Counted from the first letter of the stretch, positions 46,236 to 56,784 are shown. The stretch is 64,000 bases of DNA from Candidatus Bathyarchaeota archaeon (GCA_005888755.1 VBBQ01000027.1:5178-69177), one strand, 5' to 3'. Numbers and translations: made by a program. Notes: generated from the letters alone by a model not told the origin.

Positions 46236-48479
46236 TTGCAGCGATCCTACGAACGTTTCAGTTCGGACGTTCTGGATGCTGCTTCTGCTCCTGTTAGGCT
46301 GCACATTCTCAAGCTCTTGGTTTCCAAAGGTCCTCTCCCCTATACTGAGATCATGTACGAAGCGAAGTTGGACCCCGTGCGGGATGCCGGAAAGTTCGTC
46401 TATCACCTCAAAACCCTTCGCAAAGCCAGCTTGGTGGCGATCGAAAAAGGCACAAAAAAGTACAACATAACAGACCTCGGCAAGATTCTAGTCGAATTCT
46501 CACGCGACCTGGAAGAATGGATTGCCGTCAAGAGAGGCCGCCTCTTCGTTCGAACCTCCAAGATGACGATAGAAGAATTTGACCGGACTCGAATTGCCTC
46601 GTCACTTGTCACTGAGGCGAGTATGCCTCAGAGCCTAGCCGACGAGATTGCCGCTGAAGCTGAAGAAAGACTCCTACGCTTTGGAACTACGTACCTAACC
46701 GCTCCCCTGGTCCGCGAACTCGTCAACACGATCCTCGTCGAAAGAAAACTCGAAGAGTATCGTCACAAACTAACCCGACTTGGACTCCCCGTCAACGACG
46801 TAACAGTCCTCCTAAAAGAGGCGGGACAGAAACACCTTGACTCTGATTGGGTCCAATCATCCGCTGGAGCCGCGGTAACCGAAGAATACGTTCTGCTCAA
46901 CAGCCTCCCAAGACAGCTGGTCGACGCGCACTTCTCAGGACAAATCCACCTAGAAGACGCAGAATCATGGACCCTCAAACCAAGCATCTTCTCACATGAC
47001 CCACGCCCTTTCTTCCGAAAAGGATTACCCGGATCGCAACCGCCTGTCTCGTTCGAAAGTGCTCTAGGAACACTCCTCCGATTGGCCAGGGTGACCAAAG
47101 GACACGTGTCCGGGGACCAAGTTTTTGATCATGTGAACATCTTACTAGCACCATTCATCAAGGGTGTCCCGAGTCAAAGAGTCCAAGAAGCAGTCCGACT
47201 CTTTCTCTCGCAACTAAACTGGGATGGTTTCTCAAACATTCTTCCTTTCCGATCCACCGTGAGTCTCGACCGAACCGCCCCCAATATCCTTGAGCAGTCT
47301 GACGCGATTGGCCCCAACGGCAAGAGAGAAGGGAGGTACGGAGACTATGCTCCTGAAGCTGAAGAATTACTCCGCACTATGATCGATGCAGCTCGGGAAA
47401 TTGCTCAGGATAATCCGCTTGTTAATCCCTCGATCAACCTGAGACTCGACCGCGACAAACTTTCCGAGCCCGACGGGCTTCTCTCAATGATCCAGGAGAC
47501 CTCTTTGAGATATTCGTTCATAAATTATCTCATACAAAGTCCGGGAGAATCTTACACCGTTTCTTCGGACGGGTGCATGTTTGTGACTGATAGCATGGGC
47601 GATGTCGCTAGAGGAGCGCTGATCGGAACGGTTCAAGTCAACTTACCACGAATAGCCTATGAGTCAACAGGAAAAGACGAGCGGTTTTTCCAAGGCGTTA
47701 CGACTGCTGTGGACGAGGCGCTGAGGGCCCTGGAGATTCGCGGACAAGCCATTCAGGAGCGAATGAGAGAGGGACTTCTGCCGTTACTATCATGGCAAGC
47801 AGATGGGAGCGCGTATTATGGAGCACAACCCATGGCGGAAGTAAGCCTCCTCGGACTAAACGAGTCAGTGAAGCATCACATGAAGAAAGATGTGGACAAC
47901 AAGGACTCTCTCGTCTTTATGAAAAAAATCATCGAGACAGCGAGACGTACCATTTCAGAAAGCGACTCTCGTAAGCTTAGAATTCGAGTCGGGCTCCATC
48001 CCTCTCCGGAAGCATCATCTAGGCTCGCGAGCATCGACGCTGAAAAGTATGGTTTTTCCACCATCGTGTATCAAGGGTCCAAACGATATCCCTACTACAC
48101 AGACGTCCCCGTGATCCCGCTTACACAGAAGATCCCCTTCTCTTCACGTGCCTCTCTTGAGGGAGAAGTTCATAGATTCCTCGACGGAGGATCAATCCTG
48201 CCACTCCTGATGGGAGAAAAATCAACGACTGTAGGCTTGACAAAAGCCTGCCAACTGCTCGGACAATCGGGAGTCAAAGACTTCACATTTTCCAAGACCT
48301 TGTCTCGATGCCAATCGTGTTATCACGTAGACACAGGCGTCCAGACAAAATGCTCGAAATGCAACTCAGACAAGCTAACGGTCATCGCAAAGTACGCTGG
48401 TAGACTGATGCCCATCGACCTATGGACAGAGTCGAGGAGAAGAGACCTGGACAGAATTGCAGCGTATGATTTCGCATGA
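46236..48479 (+). CDS. anaerobic ribonucleoside-triphosphate reductase (NrdD, class III RNR)-family protein with N-terminal winged-HTH and ATP-cone domains
   Basis: An ArsR-like wHTH (residues about 10-90), then an ATP-cone (VRTSKMTIEEFDRTRIASSLV...), then an NrdD core with GTVQVNLPRIA. The C-terminal zinc ribbon CQSCYHVDTGVQTKCSKC is followed by a glycyl-radical-like tail VIAKYAGRLMPIDLW. Confidence 0.68.
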   Translation: MQRSYERFSSDVLDAASAPVRLHILKLLVSKGPLPYTEIMYEAKLDPVRDAGKFVYHLKTLRKASLVAIEKGTKKYNITDLGKILVEFSRDLEEWIAVKRGRLFVRTSKMTIEEFDRTRIASSLVTEASMPQSLADEIAAEAEERLLRFGTTYLTAPLVRELVNTILVERKLEEYRHKLTRLGLPVNDVTVLLKEAGQKHLDSDWVQSSAGAAVTEEYVLLNSLPRQLVDAHFSGQIHLEDAESWTLKPSIFSHDPRPFFRKGLPGSQPPVSFESALGTLLRLARVTKGHVSGDQVFDHVNILLAPFIKGVPSQRVQEAVRLFLSQLNWDGFSNILPFRSTVSLDRTAPNILEQSDAIGPNGKREGRYGDYAPEAEELLRTMIDAAREIAQDNPLVNPSINLRLDRDKLSEPDGLLSMIQETSLRYSFINYLIQSPGESYTVSSDGCMFVTDSMGDVARGALIGTVQVNLPRIAYESTGKDERFFQGVTTAVDEALRALEIRGQAIQERMREGLLPLLSWQADGSAYYGAQPMAEVSLLGLNESVKHHMKKDVDNKDSLVFMKKIIETARRTISESDSRKLRIRVGLHPSPEASSRLASIDAEKYGFSTIVYQGSKRYPYYTDVPVIPLTQKIPFSSRASLEGEVHRFLDGGSILPLLMGEKSTTVGLTKACQLLGQSGVKDFTFSKTLSRCQSCYHVDTGVQTKCSKCNSDKLTVIAKYAGRLMPIDLWTESRRRDLDRIAAYDFA

Positions 48480-48580
48480 CAAACCAAGCGTCCGGCAACT
48501 CACGAGACAATTTGGCTAGAGGCGACTCAGTCGAGTTTGTCTCATCGACCGTTTGACAACGCGGTCTAGGAAGCATAGCT

Positions 48581-49034
48581 TTGACGGAAATCCGAGTTGG
48601 TTCTAAGAGGCCGTTCAGAACAGGTCTACTGACGGGCATTCTCGCGATCGTAGTCGTTCTCGGAATCCAGCTCGTCTTTCTCAGAGAACTATCAGTTTTC
48701 AACACGACACTCGGGCTCTGGGTCCTAGCCCCCGTTACAGTGGCAAAGAAACGCCTTCCTGCAATCAACCGAGGACACACGATTCATTATCACCCCGATC
48801 AATGGTACTTTGACTTGGGCCGCTGTTCGCCTTGTTGAAATTTACAATAGCGCTTCTCAGAACCTCGCAGGTCTCTACATCGCCCCTGCCGGGGCCAATA
48901 CTGGCCAGATCTACCTGATCAGGTTCCCTGAGGGAACAGGTTTTGACAACTTGAACAGCAAATCCATTGGGGCCGCGATTACGGTTGTAGCCGACACCAG
49001 CACAACCCCCTACACAGCCTTGAGCATTCAATGA
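48581..49034 (+). CDS. hypothetical protein(s): two adjacent ORFs (48581-48838 and 48810-49034) in different frames, possibly one frameshifted gene
   Basis: The first ORF has a TM helix. The second starts 28 bp before the first ends. No motifs. Confidence 0.25.
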
Positions 49035-49059
49035 GTCGGTAGAAAAAACCGTCCAGATC

Positions 49060-49989
49060 TTAGAGGGCTCCGAACACCAAGCCAAGCAAACCCATTCTTA
49101 GCACGACGCCATTCCCGACCTGAGGGAAATATTTCGCGTGACTCGTCGAGTCAACACTAGAGTCTATTTCATCCACTCTCGGCAACGGATGCATCACAAT
49201 CGAACTCTTCTTCGCTCGTGCCAACTCGTCCGATGTCAGTCGGTAGGACCCCTTGACCTTCTCGTACTCAGCTAGATCCCCAAATCGTTCTTTCTGGACT
49301 CTCGTCATGTAGATCACATCCAATTCTTTCAGATGCTGCTGCAACGATGTGGTTTCTTCGACATCTATTTTCTTCGAGACCTCTTCCAAGACCTCTTTCC
49401 TCATCTTCAGAATCTCAGGAGAGATGAGGACTAGTCTCACCTTGTATTTCGCGAGCGCGTACGCGAGCGAGTGAACTGTCCGTCCGTATCGGAGGTCCCC
49501 GATTAGCCCTATCGTAATGCCATCGATGGCCCCAAGCTCCTTCCTGATTGTGTACAAGTCGAGCAATGCCTGGGTAGGATGCTCCTCCGCTCCTGAGCCC
49601 GCATTAATCACGGGGACCCTAGAGAACTCCGCAGCCATTCTCGCCGCCCCTTCTAGCGGGTGCCTTACCACAAGCACATCAGCATAGTTCTCGACAACAC
49701 GTACGGTATCTGCAAGGTTCTCACCCTTCTCGACAGACGTTCCCTTCGTCTCTGCAAATCCGAGAGCGGTCCCACCGAGCCTCGTCATCGCGGACTCAAA
49801 GCTCAACTTTGTACGCGTGCTCGGTTCGTAGAATAGAGTCGCCATTATCTTCCCATGAAGCATATCCGACCCAGTCTTCATGAGAGGCTCCATGACTTGG
49901 GCCATGTCCAGAATCTGGTCGATCTCTAATCGGGAGAGGTCGCGGACGGAAACCATGTCTCTGCCAACAAAGTTAGATGTGGGCGACAT
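49060..49989 (-). CDS. pyrB: aspartate carbamoyltransferase catalytic subunit
   Basis: STRTKLSFESA carbamoyl-phosphate motif, HPTQALLD and HPLPR motifs. 309 aa. Confidence 0.85.
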   Translation of the reverse strand: MSPTSNFVGRDMVSVRDLSRLEIDQILDMAQVMEPLMKTGSDMLHGKIMATLFYEPSTRTKLSFESAMTRLGGTALGFAETKGTSVEKGENLADTVRVVENYADVLVVRHPLEGAARMAAEFSRVPVINAGSGAEEHPTQALLDLYTIRKELGAIDGITIGLIGDLRYGRTVHSLAYALAKYKVRLVLISPEILKMRKEVLEEVSKKIDVEETTSLQQHLKELDVIYMTRVQKERFGDLAEYEKVKGSYRLTSDELARAKKSSIVMHPLPRVDEIDSSVDSTSHAKYFPQVGNGVVLRMGLLGLVFGAL

Positions 49990-50411
49990 TCCAATTACAA
50001 GCTGAATCGAGGAGTCCTATAACTATCTTCAGAAGCGATGGAACGATGACTGTTCAAGTTCTTGCGATAACGTCAGACCTGTTTCTGCAATCGAGAATCA
50101 CGGAGGTATCAAAGTCGCTGGGTGCGAGCGCCAAGCTGGTAACAACCGAGGAAGACTTGCTTAGACAGGCCAACTCGAACCATCCGAACTTGGTCATCCT
50201 CGACCTAACCGCGTCAGAGTATGACCCATTCTCGTGTGCCCAGAAATTGAAGGCTATGGCCTCTTCACCAAAGATACTGGGCATATTCCCCCACATCAGA
50301 GCAGACCTCAAGCTGAAAGCTGAGAAGGTAATGATTGATTACATTGTTCCCAACTCAGGGTTCCTCAAGACCCTGAAGAGTCTACTAGAGAAAGAGGTCA
50401 GGACCAGGTGA
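49977..50411 (+). CDS. CheY-like receiver (REC) domain protein, single domain
   Basis: MTVQVLAITSD...PNLVILDLTASEYD... has the alpha/beta pattern and the conserved Asp position of a receiver domain. The real start is probably at the internal M of MTVQV. Confidence 0.5.
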   Translation: MWATFQLQAESRSPITIFRSDGTMTVQVLAITSDLFLQSRITEVSKSLGASAKLVTTEEDLLRQANSNHPNLVILDLTASEYDPFSCAQKLKAMASSPKILGIFPHIRADLKLKAEKVMIDYIVPNSGFLKTLKSLLEKEVRTR

Positions 50412-50881
50412 GCTGGATCGTCAAAGACCTATGGGACACGCTGGACAAGCGTCGCGGAGAATACGAGAGTCTTTGGCGAGATCGTACACTGCGGGCGTTT
50501 GAAATCATCAACTGGATTGCCAGCGAAGTAAGCGAACGCTGGGGTGTTCTCATACAGATCAACTTTCCACCAGGCCAGGAAAGACCGGAAGCCACAGGTA
50601 TCGGCCATAGAAACGTGAGCATTCTAGTAGACAAGAACCGGAAGAAATTGGAAACAATAACACAGGACGATGTCAAGCGAGCAATTCAACTGTTAAACCC
50701 TCAGTCTTTCGATCCGGCCCGTTTCGGCCACGAAGGATTCAGGGCGAATCTTTCCACGGGACGCATCGACTGTTTGCCGAGCGGGATCCATCTATGGTGC
50801 GACATTACACCAGAGGTCTTGGAGTTCCTCGACTGGATATTCGTCAACGGTTACCGGCTGAGATCCGAGTCTCATGCTTAG
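50408..50881 (+). CDS. hypothetical protein
   Basis: 157-aa ORF overlapping the REC gene stop by 4 bp. Confidence 0.45.
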   Translation: MSWIVKDLWDTLDKRRGEYESLWRDRTLRAFEIINWIASEVSERWGVLIQINFPPGQERPEATGIGHRNVSILVDKNRKKLETITQDDVKRAIQLLNPQSFDPARFGHEGFRANLSTGRIDCLPSGIHLWCDITPEVLEFLDWIFVNGYRLRSESHA

Positions 50882-51216
50882 GAAACCGGCATGAGCTTCT
50901 TACCTAGTCTTCTCTCAATGTCCATCTTCGCCCGCCTCAACTGCCTTGCCCGCTTTAGTAGCTCGATAAGATAATCGAGGTCGACTATTGGGCGCAGGGC
51001 TGTATACTCCCAAGGAGTCTTGTTAATCTCGTCAGGAAAGATCATGTATCCGTTAGGATAGTGAGTCAGCAGTATCCCCGTTGGATCGGTTTCTAGGACC
51101 TTGGAAAACTCGCGTAGGGTGTATCCTGCTTTCTTGAGCTGTTCCAGCGCTCTATCGAGCTCGTCGCTGGCCCTCTCCAGCTCGGCAAACATCTCTCCAC
51201 GGTCGCCATCTCCCAT
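50878..51216 (-). CDS. hypothetical protein
   Basis: 112-aa ORF convergent with the previous gene, overlapping it by 4 bp. Confidence 0.45.
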   Translation of the reverse strand: MGDGDRGEMFAELERASDELDRALEQLKKAGYTLREFSKVLETDPTGILLTHYPNGYMIFPDEINKTPWEYTALRPIVDLDYLIELLKRARQLRRAKMDIERRLGKKLMPVS

Positions 51217-51373
51217 AGAATATCCGCTCTACGACCCTTTGTTCGCGAGAAACGGGGCTCGCGGCGGGCATAAGCGTTCTTTAACCCGGACACCCTCTCG
51301 CCCGAAACAAGAACCGCTTCGCATGAAGAAGAGTGACCAAGCCAAAGGGCCGAGGAACCTGGACACATTGCGA

Positions 51374-53341
51374 TCAGCCGTTCGGGTTTGAACTGGCCTC
51401 AGATCGTCTCCGAGTCAGGACAAGTTTCCATAGGATGAGGGCTCCTCCAACAATCGCGGCTAGCATTGGTCCAACGTACCCTGCCAGAAAGAAGCCGAGG
51501 GGCGATGCGTTCTGACTTATCCATAATTGGAAGAAATAATTGGACTGGTATTCGTTGGAGATGGCAACGAGCAAGGCCACTGTGATCGCGAACTGCGCGA
51601 TAATTACGGCGCTCACGGCTTGTGATGTTTCGCGACTGCCAGCTCTCTGGACAACAGTGGCCTTCGCGGCCTGGGCCGATTTCGGGTTAGGGATGAGCAG
51701 TGAGCTGATTGCTCCCAGCGAGACGAAGATGCCGGCCGTGAAAGCTGCCCAGCGCGTTCCTTGCGTAATCGCGTCATAAAGGATCGAAAGTACGACTGGT
51801 GCATTCCGACCAAAGCTGGCGATGAAGGATGGGTCGATTCCGCCAGAGAGTCCTGAATTGAAGGCAGCCACCAGTACGGCCCTTTGTTGGATGCTGAAGT
51901 TAGCGGTACTCACCGCGAGGTCGGCCACTCCAACTGCGGATATTTGGGCTACCAATACTGCGCCGATTACCGCAATTCCGAAGGCTGAGCCGATCTGTCT
52001 GACGGTATTGTTGGCGCCAGAGCCCACCCCGGCTTTCTGCCAAGGTATACTCTGCAACACAGTACTCGTGAGCTGGCTAATAGCTAGACCAACCCCCGCG
52101 CCATAGATGACGAGAATGGGGTACAGGTAGTAGACGGGATTGTCAACGCTGATTATCTGGGACAGACTGAAGAGCGCAATGGCTTCAAGGATCATGCCTG
52201 TGGTGACAATCCACTTGGGTCCGAACCTAGTTGCTAGTACTCCGGCTACTGGTGCAAAGATGAAGACTGAGATGGCCATTGGCAGGAATGTGAGTCCGGC
52301 ATTGAACGCGGATAGTCCCTTGACTGTCTGCAGGAATATTGAGATGATGAATACTGCTCCGAATTCGCCCATGGCAACGATTGTTACGGTGAAGAGGCCG
52401 TACCTGAAGCCCTTGAATCTGAGGAGGCTGAAGTCAAAGAGAGGGACCCTCCCGCTTCTCAGTCGACGGATCTCGTAGAAAGTAAACAGGGATAGTAGAA
52501 CAAGCCCGGTTATGATCGCAACCAAGGGAAGGGAAACGGGGTTTGAGATCGACCATGATAGGCCTGCTACGCCGAATTCACTTGCAGGAACAATCCACCC
52601 GTAGGTTTGAGCTTCGATAAACCCGAACAGTAGACTGGCCAGACCTACCGTGATGAGGACCAGCCCGGCATAGTCTGCGGTGTACTTAGGATCCTTGAAC
52701 CGGGTCTCCTTGATCGCGAATAAAGCCCCGACCAAGGCTGTGATCCCTATTGGGATGTTGATGAAGAATGCCCATCGCCAAGTAAGAGTGGGGTCACTCG
52801 TGAAGTAGCCTCCCAAGACTGGTCCCAGAACTGCAGCTGCGCCCGCTGTTGCGCCCCATATTCCGAAAGCGACACTGCGTGCTTTGCCGGTGAAAGTGGT
52901 TGTCAGGATTGACAGGGTGGAGGGCGAGGCCATCGCTGCCCCGAATCCTTGTATTACCCGGCCCACAAGGATCTGGGTTAGATTCTGTGAGAATCCATCG
53001 ATGATGGATCCGGCAATAAACAGGGAGATTCCGCTGATGAAGATCCGTTTTCTGCCGAACTCATCGATTAGTTTTCCCCAGGTGAGAAGGAACGATCCGA
53101 AGATCAGAGCGTAGAGTGAGGTGATCCATTCCAGGTCCTTTAGCGAGATCCCGAAGTCTTTCTGGATTTGGTACTGAGCGACAATCACTATCGTTGCGTC
53201 AATCACGATTATTGCGAGGGAGAGGCTCAGGACGAGCAGAATGAGAAGCTGCTTTCGCTCGATCTTGGCCGATCCTGTAGTTGACGCTGGAGCGCCTCCC
53301 GGTGCCGCGCCAGATGGTTTGGTCTGGCTCTCTCCTGACAT
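51374..53341 (-). CDS. MFS transporter, DHA2 (EmrB/QacA-like, 14-TMS) drug:H+ antiporter family
   Basis: 655 aa, about 14 TM helices, with MFS motif A-like GRVIQGFGAAM and FGRKRIFISGISLF. Confidence 0.88.
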   Translation of the reverse strand: MSGESQTKPSGAAPGGAPASTTGSAKIERKQLLILLVLSLSLAIIVIDATIVIVAQYQIQKDFGISLKDLEWITSLYALIFGSFLLTWGKLIDEFGRKRIFISGISLFIAGSIIDGFSQNLTQILVGRVIQGFGAAMASPSTLSILTTTFTGKARSVAFGIWGATAGAAAVLGPVLGGYFTSDPTLTWRWAFFINIPIGITALVGALFAIKETRFKDPKYTADYAGLVLITVGLASLLFGFIEAQTYGWIVPASEFGVAGLSWSISNPVSLPLVAIITGLVLLSLFTFYEIRRLRSGRVPLFDFSLLRFKGFRYGLFTVTIVAMGEFGAVFIISIFLQTVKGLSAFNAGLTFLPMAISVFIFAPVAGVLATRFGPKWIVTTGMILEAIALFSLSQIISVDNPVYYLYPILVIYGAGVGLAISQLTSTVLQSIPWQKAGVGSGANNTVRQIGSAFGIAVIGAVLVAQISAVGVADLAVSTANFSIQQRAVLVAAFNSGLSGGIDPSFIASFGRNAPVVLSILYDAITQGTRWAAFTAGIFVSLGAISSLLIPNPKSAQAAKATVVQRAGSRETSQAVSAVIIAQFAITVALLVAISNEYQSNYFFQLWISQNASPLGFFLAGYVGPMLAAIVGGALILWKLVLTRRRSEASSNPNG

Positions 53342-53411
53342 TGAAAAGGGCCCTCACATGTTAGGGGTACTCAAACATTCCCGTAAACGAGGGACGATCA
53401 AAGTATGAGGC

Positions 53412-54275
53412 GTGAAACATCTAAGAACTCGTCCGGAGAGGCAACGTCTCAGCTTGCCAAAGGATCTTCACACGGGCCGCTATAGAATTGAGCCGGGACA
53501 AGAAGTTCATCTGAGTGACTTCGACCCGAACGATACTTCTGGTTTCGAGGGAAAAGATGAAGATGAACAGAGAGAATCGAAGAAACTCAACGAGAGACTT
53601 AGACGGCTTCAGGAGACGCTGTATGCAGGGCATGAACAGAAAGTTCTAGTTGTTCTGCAAGCCATGGATACCGGCGGCAAAGACGGCGTCATCAACCGAG
53701 TCTTTCAAGGAGTCAACCCGCAAGGGGTCCGCGTCGCACACTTCAAAGAGCCTACGCCAGACGAGCTTGATCATGGTTTCTTGTGGCGAGAGCACAAACA
53801 AGTGCCTGGAAACGGCGAGCTCACTATTTTCAACCGTAGCCATTACGAGGGCGTCCTCATTGAGAGAGTTCACAAGATCGTTCCAGAGAAGGTTTGGAAT
53901 CATCGGTACAGGCAGATCAACGATTTCGAGCGGCTACTCTCTGAAGAGGATACTACAATCCTGAAGTTCTATCTGCATATTGACAAGGATGAGCAGAAGA
54001 AAAGGCTGCAACAGCGCTTAGACGATCCTTCCAAGCGGTGGAAGTTCAGTGGTGACGACCTTCCTGAGCGGAAATTCTGGAATGAGTACATGAAGGCGTA
54101 CGAGGATGCTCTGAACAAGACCAGCACGGAATGGGCTCCTTGGTATTTCATACCCGCCAACCACAAATGGTACAGGGACCTTGAGGTCTCCCGGATAATC
54201 GTGAAAGCGATGGAAAAGATGAACCTGCACTATCCAAAGACGAAGCTGAGTCCGAAGTCGATAGCAATAGAATGA
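53412..54275 (+). CDS. polyphosphate kinase 2 (PPK2) family protein
   Basis: P-loop VLQAMDTGGKDGVI and lid region ...FNRSHYEGVLIERVH. 287 aa. Confidence 0.85.
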   Translation: MKHLRTRPERQRLSLPKDLHTGRYRIEPGQEVHLSDFDPNDTSGFEGKDEDEQRESKKLNERLRRLQETLYAGHEQKVLVVLQAMDTGGKDGVINRVFQGVNPQGVRVAHFKEPTPDELDHGFLWREHKQVPGNGELTIFNRSHYEGVLIERVHKIVPEKVWNHRYRQINDFERLLSEEDTTILKFYLHIDKDEQKKRLQQRLDDPSKRWKFSGDDLPERKFWNEYMKAYEDALNKTSTEWAPWYFIPANHKWYRDLEVSRIIVKAMEKMNLHYPKTKLSPKSIAIE

Positions 54276-54376
54276 TCAGTTAGATCATCTGCCAAGAAAT
54301 TAGTCTCGAACGGAGAAGAGAGCTAGGGCAATGTCATCAGTGATCGCCGATTAGAGAATTTCCTGGTGTGGCGAGA

Positions 54377-55294
54377 TTATTTGCCGGTGACTGTTATGGA
54401 ACCGTTTGTGGTTGCCAGGTTGACAACTGCGCTTCCAGTGCCAACTGTAGCGGTAGCGTGATTGGTGAGTTGGACACCTAGCCCTGTACTGGAGATGGTA
54501 CCGTTTGTTGTGTTAGGTGTAATCTTGAAGGAGGCTACAGCAGGCAGTATCAGATTTACGTTCCCGTTCGTCGTTGTCACCACATAAGACCCGCTTAGTG
54601 ACAGCGTTGATAGGTCCATTGTTACGCTTCCGTTTGTCATGGTCACGGTTGCACTCCCACATGCAGCGCATGTGAGGTTGATGCTTCCGTTCGTGTCCGT
54701 TACAGTCGTGCTTGTGGCAGTGATACCGGAGGCAGTAATGGCTCCATTGGTGTCGGTAATGGTGAGGCTGGTTGCACTAATACTTGAGATTTGGAGGTCG
54801 CCGTTCACGGTCACGATCTGTACAGTGTTGAACTGGTAAGAGGCCGGCTCGTAGACGTGAATGTCCACTGTGTAAGTTGCGCCGAAGAAGAAGCTGCTGC
54901 TCACTGGAAATATTGCCTGGAAGACAATGCTCCCGCTAGAGTTCGACTCGACAAACGTGATGACATCGGGAGATGAACCGAACCCTCTGGCCGTGACAGT
55001 CCCATTAATCATCAAATATGCCTGGGACCAGGTCGAGGTGGTGACTCCGCCGTTTGTGTTTGAGACCGTCATCGAGGACGGGTTGCTACTACTCTGAGAC
55101 ACTGGGGTTGTGTATGGCGTGAAATTCTTCTTAGTAACCGAAAGAGATGGACCGAGGAACAAGGATCCTGCCACGATTGCAACAACCGCGCCAACGACTA
55201 CAACTAGAATGGCGATAACGAGCACTGTACGGCTAAAGCCGGGCTTCTTGGCCCCTCCAACCGGAACAGGAGCCCCATTGATTGTCATCGACAT
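54377..55294 (-). CDS. cell-surface beta-helix repeat protein (DUF4097/putative-adhesin-like), N-terminally membrane anchored
   Basis: N-terminal TM helix followed by repeated ...TDTNGSI / TNGSVT / TNGNV units. Confidence 0.6.
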   Translation of the reverse strand: MSMTINGAPVPVGGAKKPGFSRTVLVIAILVVVVGAVVAIVAGSLFLGPSLSVTKKNFTPYTTPVSQSSSNPSSMTVSNTNGGVTTSTWSQAYLMINGTVTARGFGSSPDVITFVESNSSGSIVFQAIFPVSSSFFFGATYTVDIHVYEPASYQFNTVQIVTVNGDLQISSISATSLTITDTNGAITASGITATSTTVTDTNGSINLTCAACGSATVTMTNGSVTMDLSTLSLSGSYVVTTTNGNVNLILPAVASFKITPNTTNGTISSTGLGVQLTNHATATVGTGSAVVNLATTNGSITVTGK

Positions 55295-55579
55295 GAGCTC
55301 TTAGCGAGGAGGCTCGTCAGCAGCTTTCTTAAGCTTCCCGCCGTCATAGCCCTGTCCAAAAAAAGCATACTTTTCTCGATCCCCGGGGTGGTCGATTTTT
55401 CCGCGCCCCTTCCTTCGTGAAAACTCGCCGAATCCACCGTTCGCCGGCGCTCCTGCCCATCATTCCTTCCTCCATGCCGTCTTTTACCACAATTCCCTGA
55501 ACCGGTTGCCCATAGAGGCCCGCATAGGGCACGGGGCCTTCAAATAATCGCGAACCATGATTCTAGGGGTAAGTCTTCT

Positions 55580-56725
55580 GTGATGCGGACCCTTGTAGCA
55601 GAATGTAAGATTCCCTCGGCTCCCTCCCGGTATGAGGAGGTTGAGACCATGGCCGAGAGCATAGGCTACGAGGTAGTCGACACCATCGTCCAGCATCGTA
55701 AGAACCTCCATCACACCTACTGCATCGGACCCGGAAAGCTGGAAGAGATCAAGATGCTCGTTGCCGAGAATGATATCGAAGCCGTCGTCTTCGCCAACAC
55801 CCTCCCCAGCGCCCAAATCTTCAAGATCCAGCGGGTCCTCGGCGGAACAGAGATCAAAGTCATCGACCGCAACCTCCTGATCCTCGAAGTGTTCGACAAG
55901 CGCGCAATGACGAAAGAGGCGAAACTACAGATCGCACTCGCCAAACTCCGCTATACCTTCTCCTGGGGCAGAGAATTCCTCAGACTCGAAGGCATCCTAG
56001 GCGGACAAGTAGGCTGGAGCGGACCCGGAGACTATCCCTACCACGATTACGAGAGGACAGCCAAGAAACGGATCGCGAACATGGAAAAAGAGCTCCGAGA
56101 TGTCTACTCGAAAAAGACCCTTCTCCGAGACCACCGACGCGAGCGAGGCTTCCCTATAGTAGCACTAGCAGGCTATACACAGAGCGGAAAAACCACGTTC
56201 TTCAACCGCATGTCTGCCGAACACAAGGACACTGGCTTAGGACCCTTTACCACGTTGTCCACCTTCGCGAGAAGAATCGACCAGAACAATGGTGGTGATA
56301 ATTTCAGCTTCATACTCATCGACTCCATCGGGTTCATCGAGGATATGCATCCAACAATCCTCAAAGCATTCAACACGACTCTCGGCGAGATATCGAACGC
56401 TGACCTAATCCTCCTATTCGTCGACGTCAGCGAGGACCTTGAGTCAATCTTCAGAAAGCTCAACGCCTCGAAAGAGATTCTCAAGAAGATAGCAGCTAAA
56501 GTACCCCTGGTCATCTGCGCAAACAAGACAGACCGTTCCAGTGACTTGCAACTAGAAGAGGGGAAGAAATTGATCTCCCGAACGTTCGAAGGAGTTCCAC
56601 TCATCGAGCTAAGCGCGCTCAAGGGAATCAATACCGAAGCGGTTGTGAAAGAGGCCTATCATCACCTCAACGGGTCCGCCTCCCCTACACCTAGTAGCTC
56701 TCTAGAGCTACACTCCTCTCCATAG
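55580..56725 (+). CDS. hflX: GTPase HflX
   Basis: HflX N-domain and G-domain with GYTQSGKTT (G1), DSIGF (G3) and NKTD (G4). Confidence 0.85.
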   Translation: MMRTLVAECKIPSAPSRYEEVETMAESIGYEVVDTIVQHRKNLHHTYCIGPGKLEEIKMLVAENDIEAVVFANTLPSAQIFKIQRVLGGTEIKVIDRNLLILEVFDKRAMTKEAKLQIALAKLRYTFSWGREFLRLEGILGGQVGWSGPGDYPYHDYERTAKKRIANMEKELRDVYSKKTLLRDHRRERGFPIVALAGYTQSGKTTFFNRMSAEHKDTGLGPFTTLSTFARRIDQNNGGDNFSFILIDSIGFIEDMHPTILKAFNTTLGEISNADLILLFVDVSEDLESIFRKLNASKEILKKIAAKVPLVICANKTDRSSDLQLEEGKKLISRTFEGVPLIELSALKGINTEAVVKEAYHHLNGSASPTPSSSLELHSSP

Positions 56726-56784
56726 TAGATCCCGAGAAATCCTAAAATTCTTCAATGCCATCAGTTGGAGATGGGATGTTCTAA

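Noticed and set aside
55484-55944. ORFs 55484-55816 and 55717-55944 (minus) around the hflX start
   Set aside because: They overlap the well-supported HflX N-terminus in antisense and have low-complexity translations.
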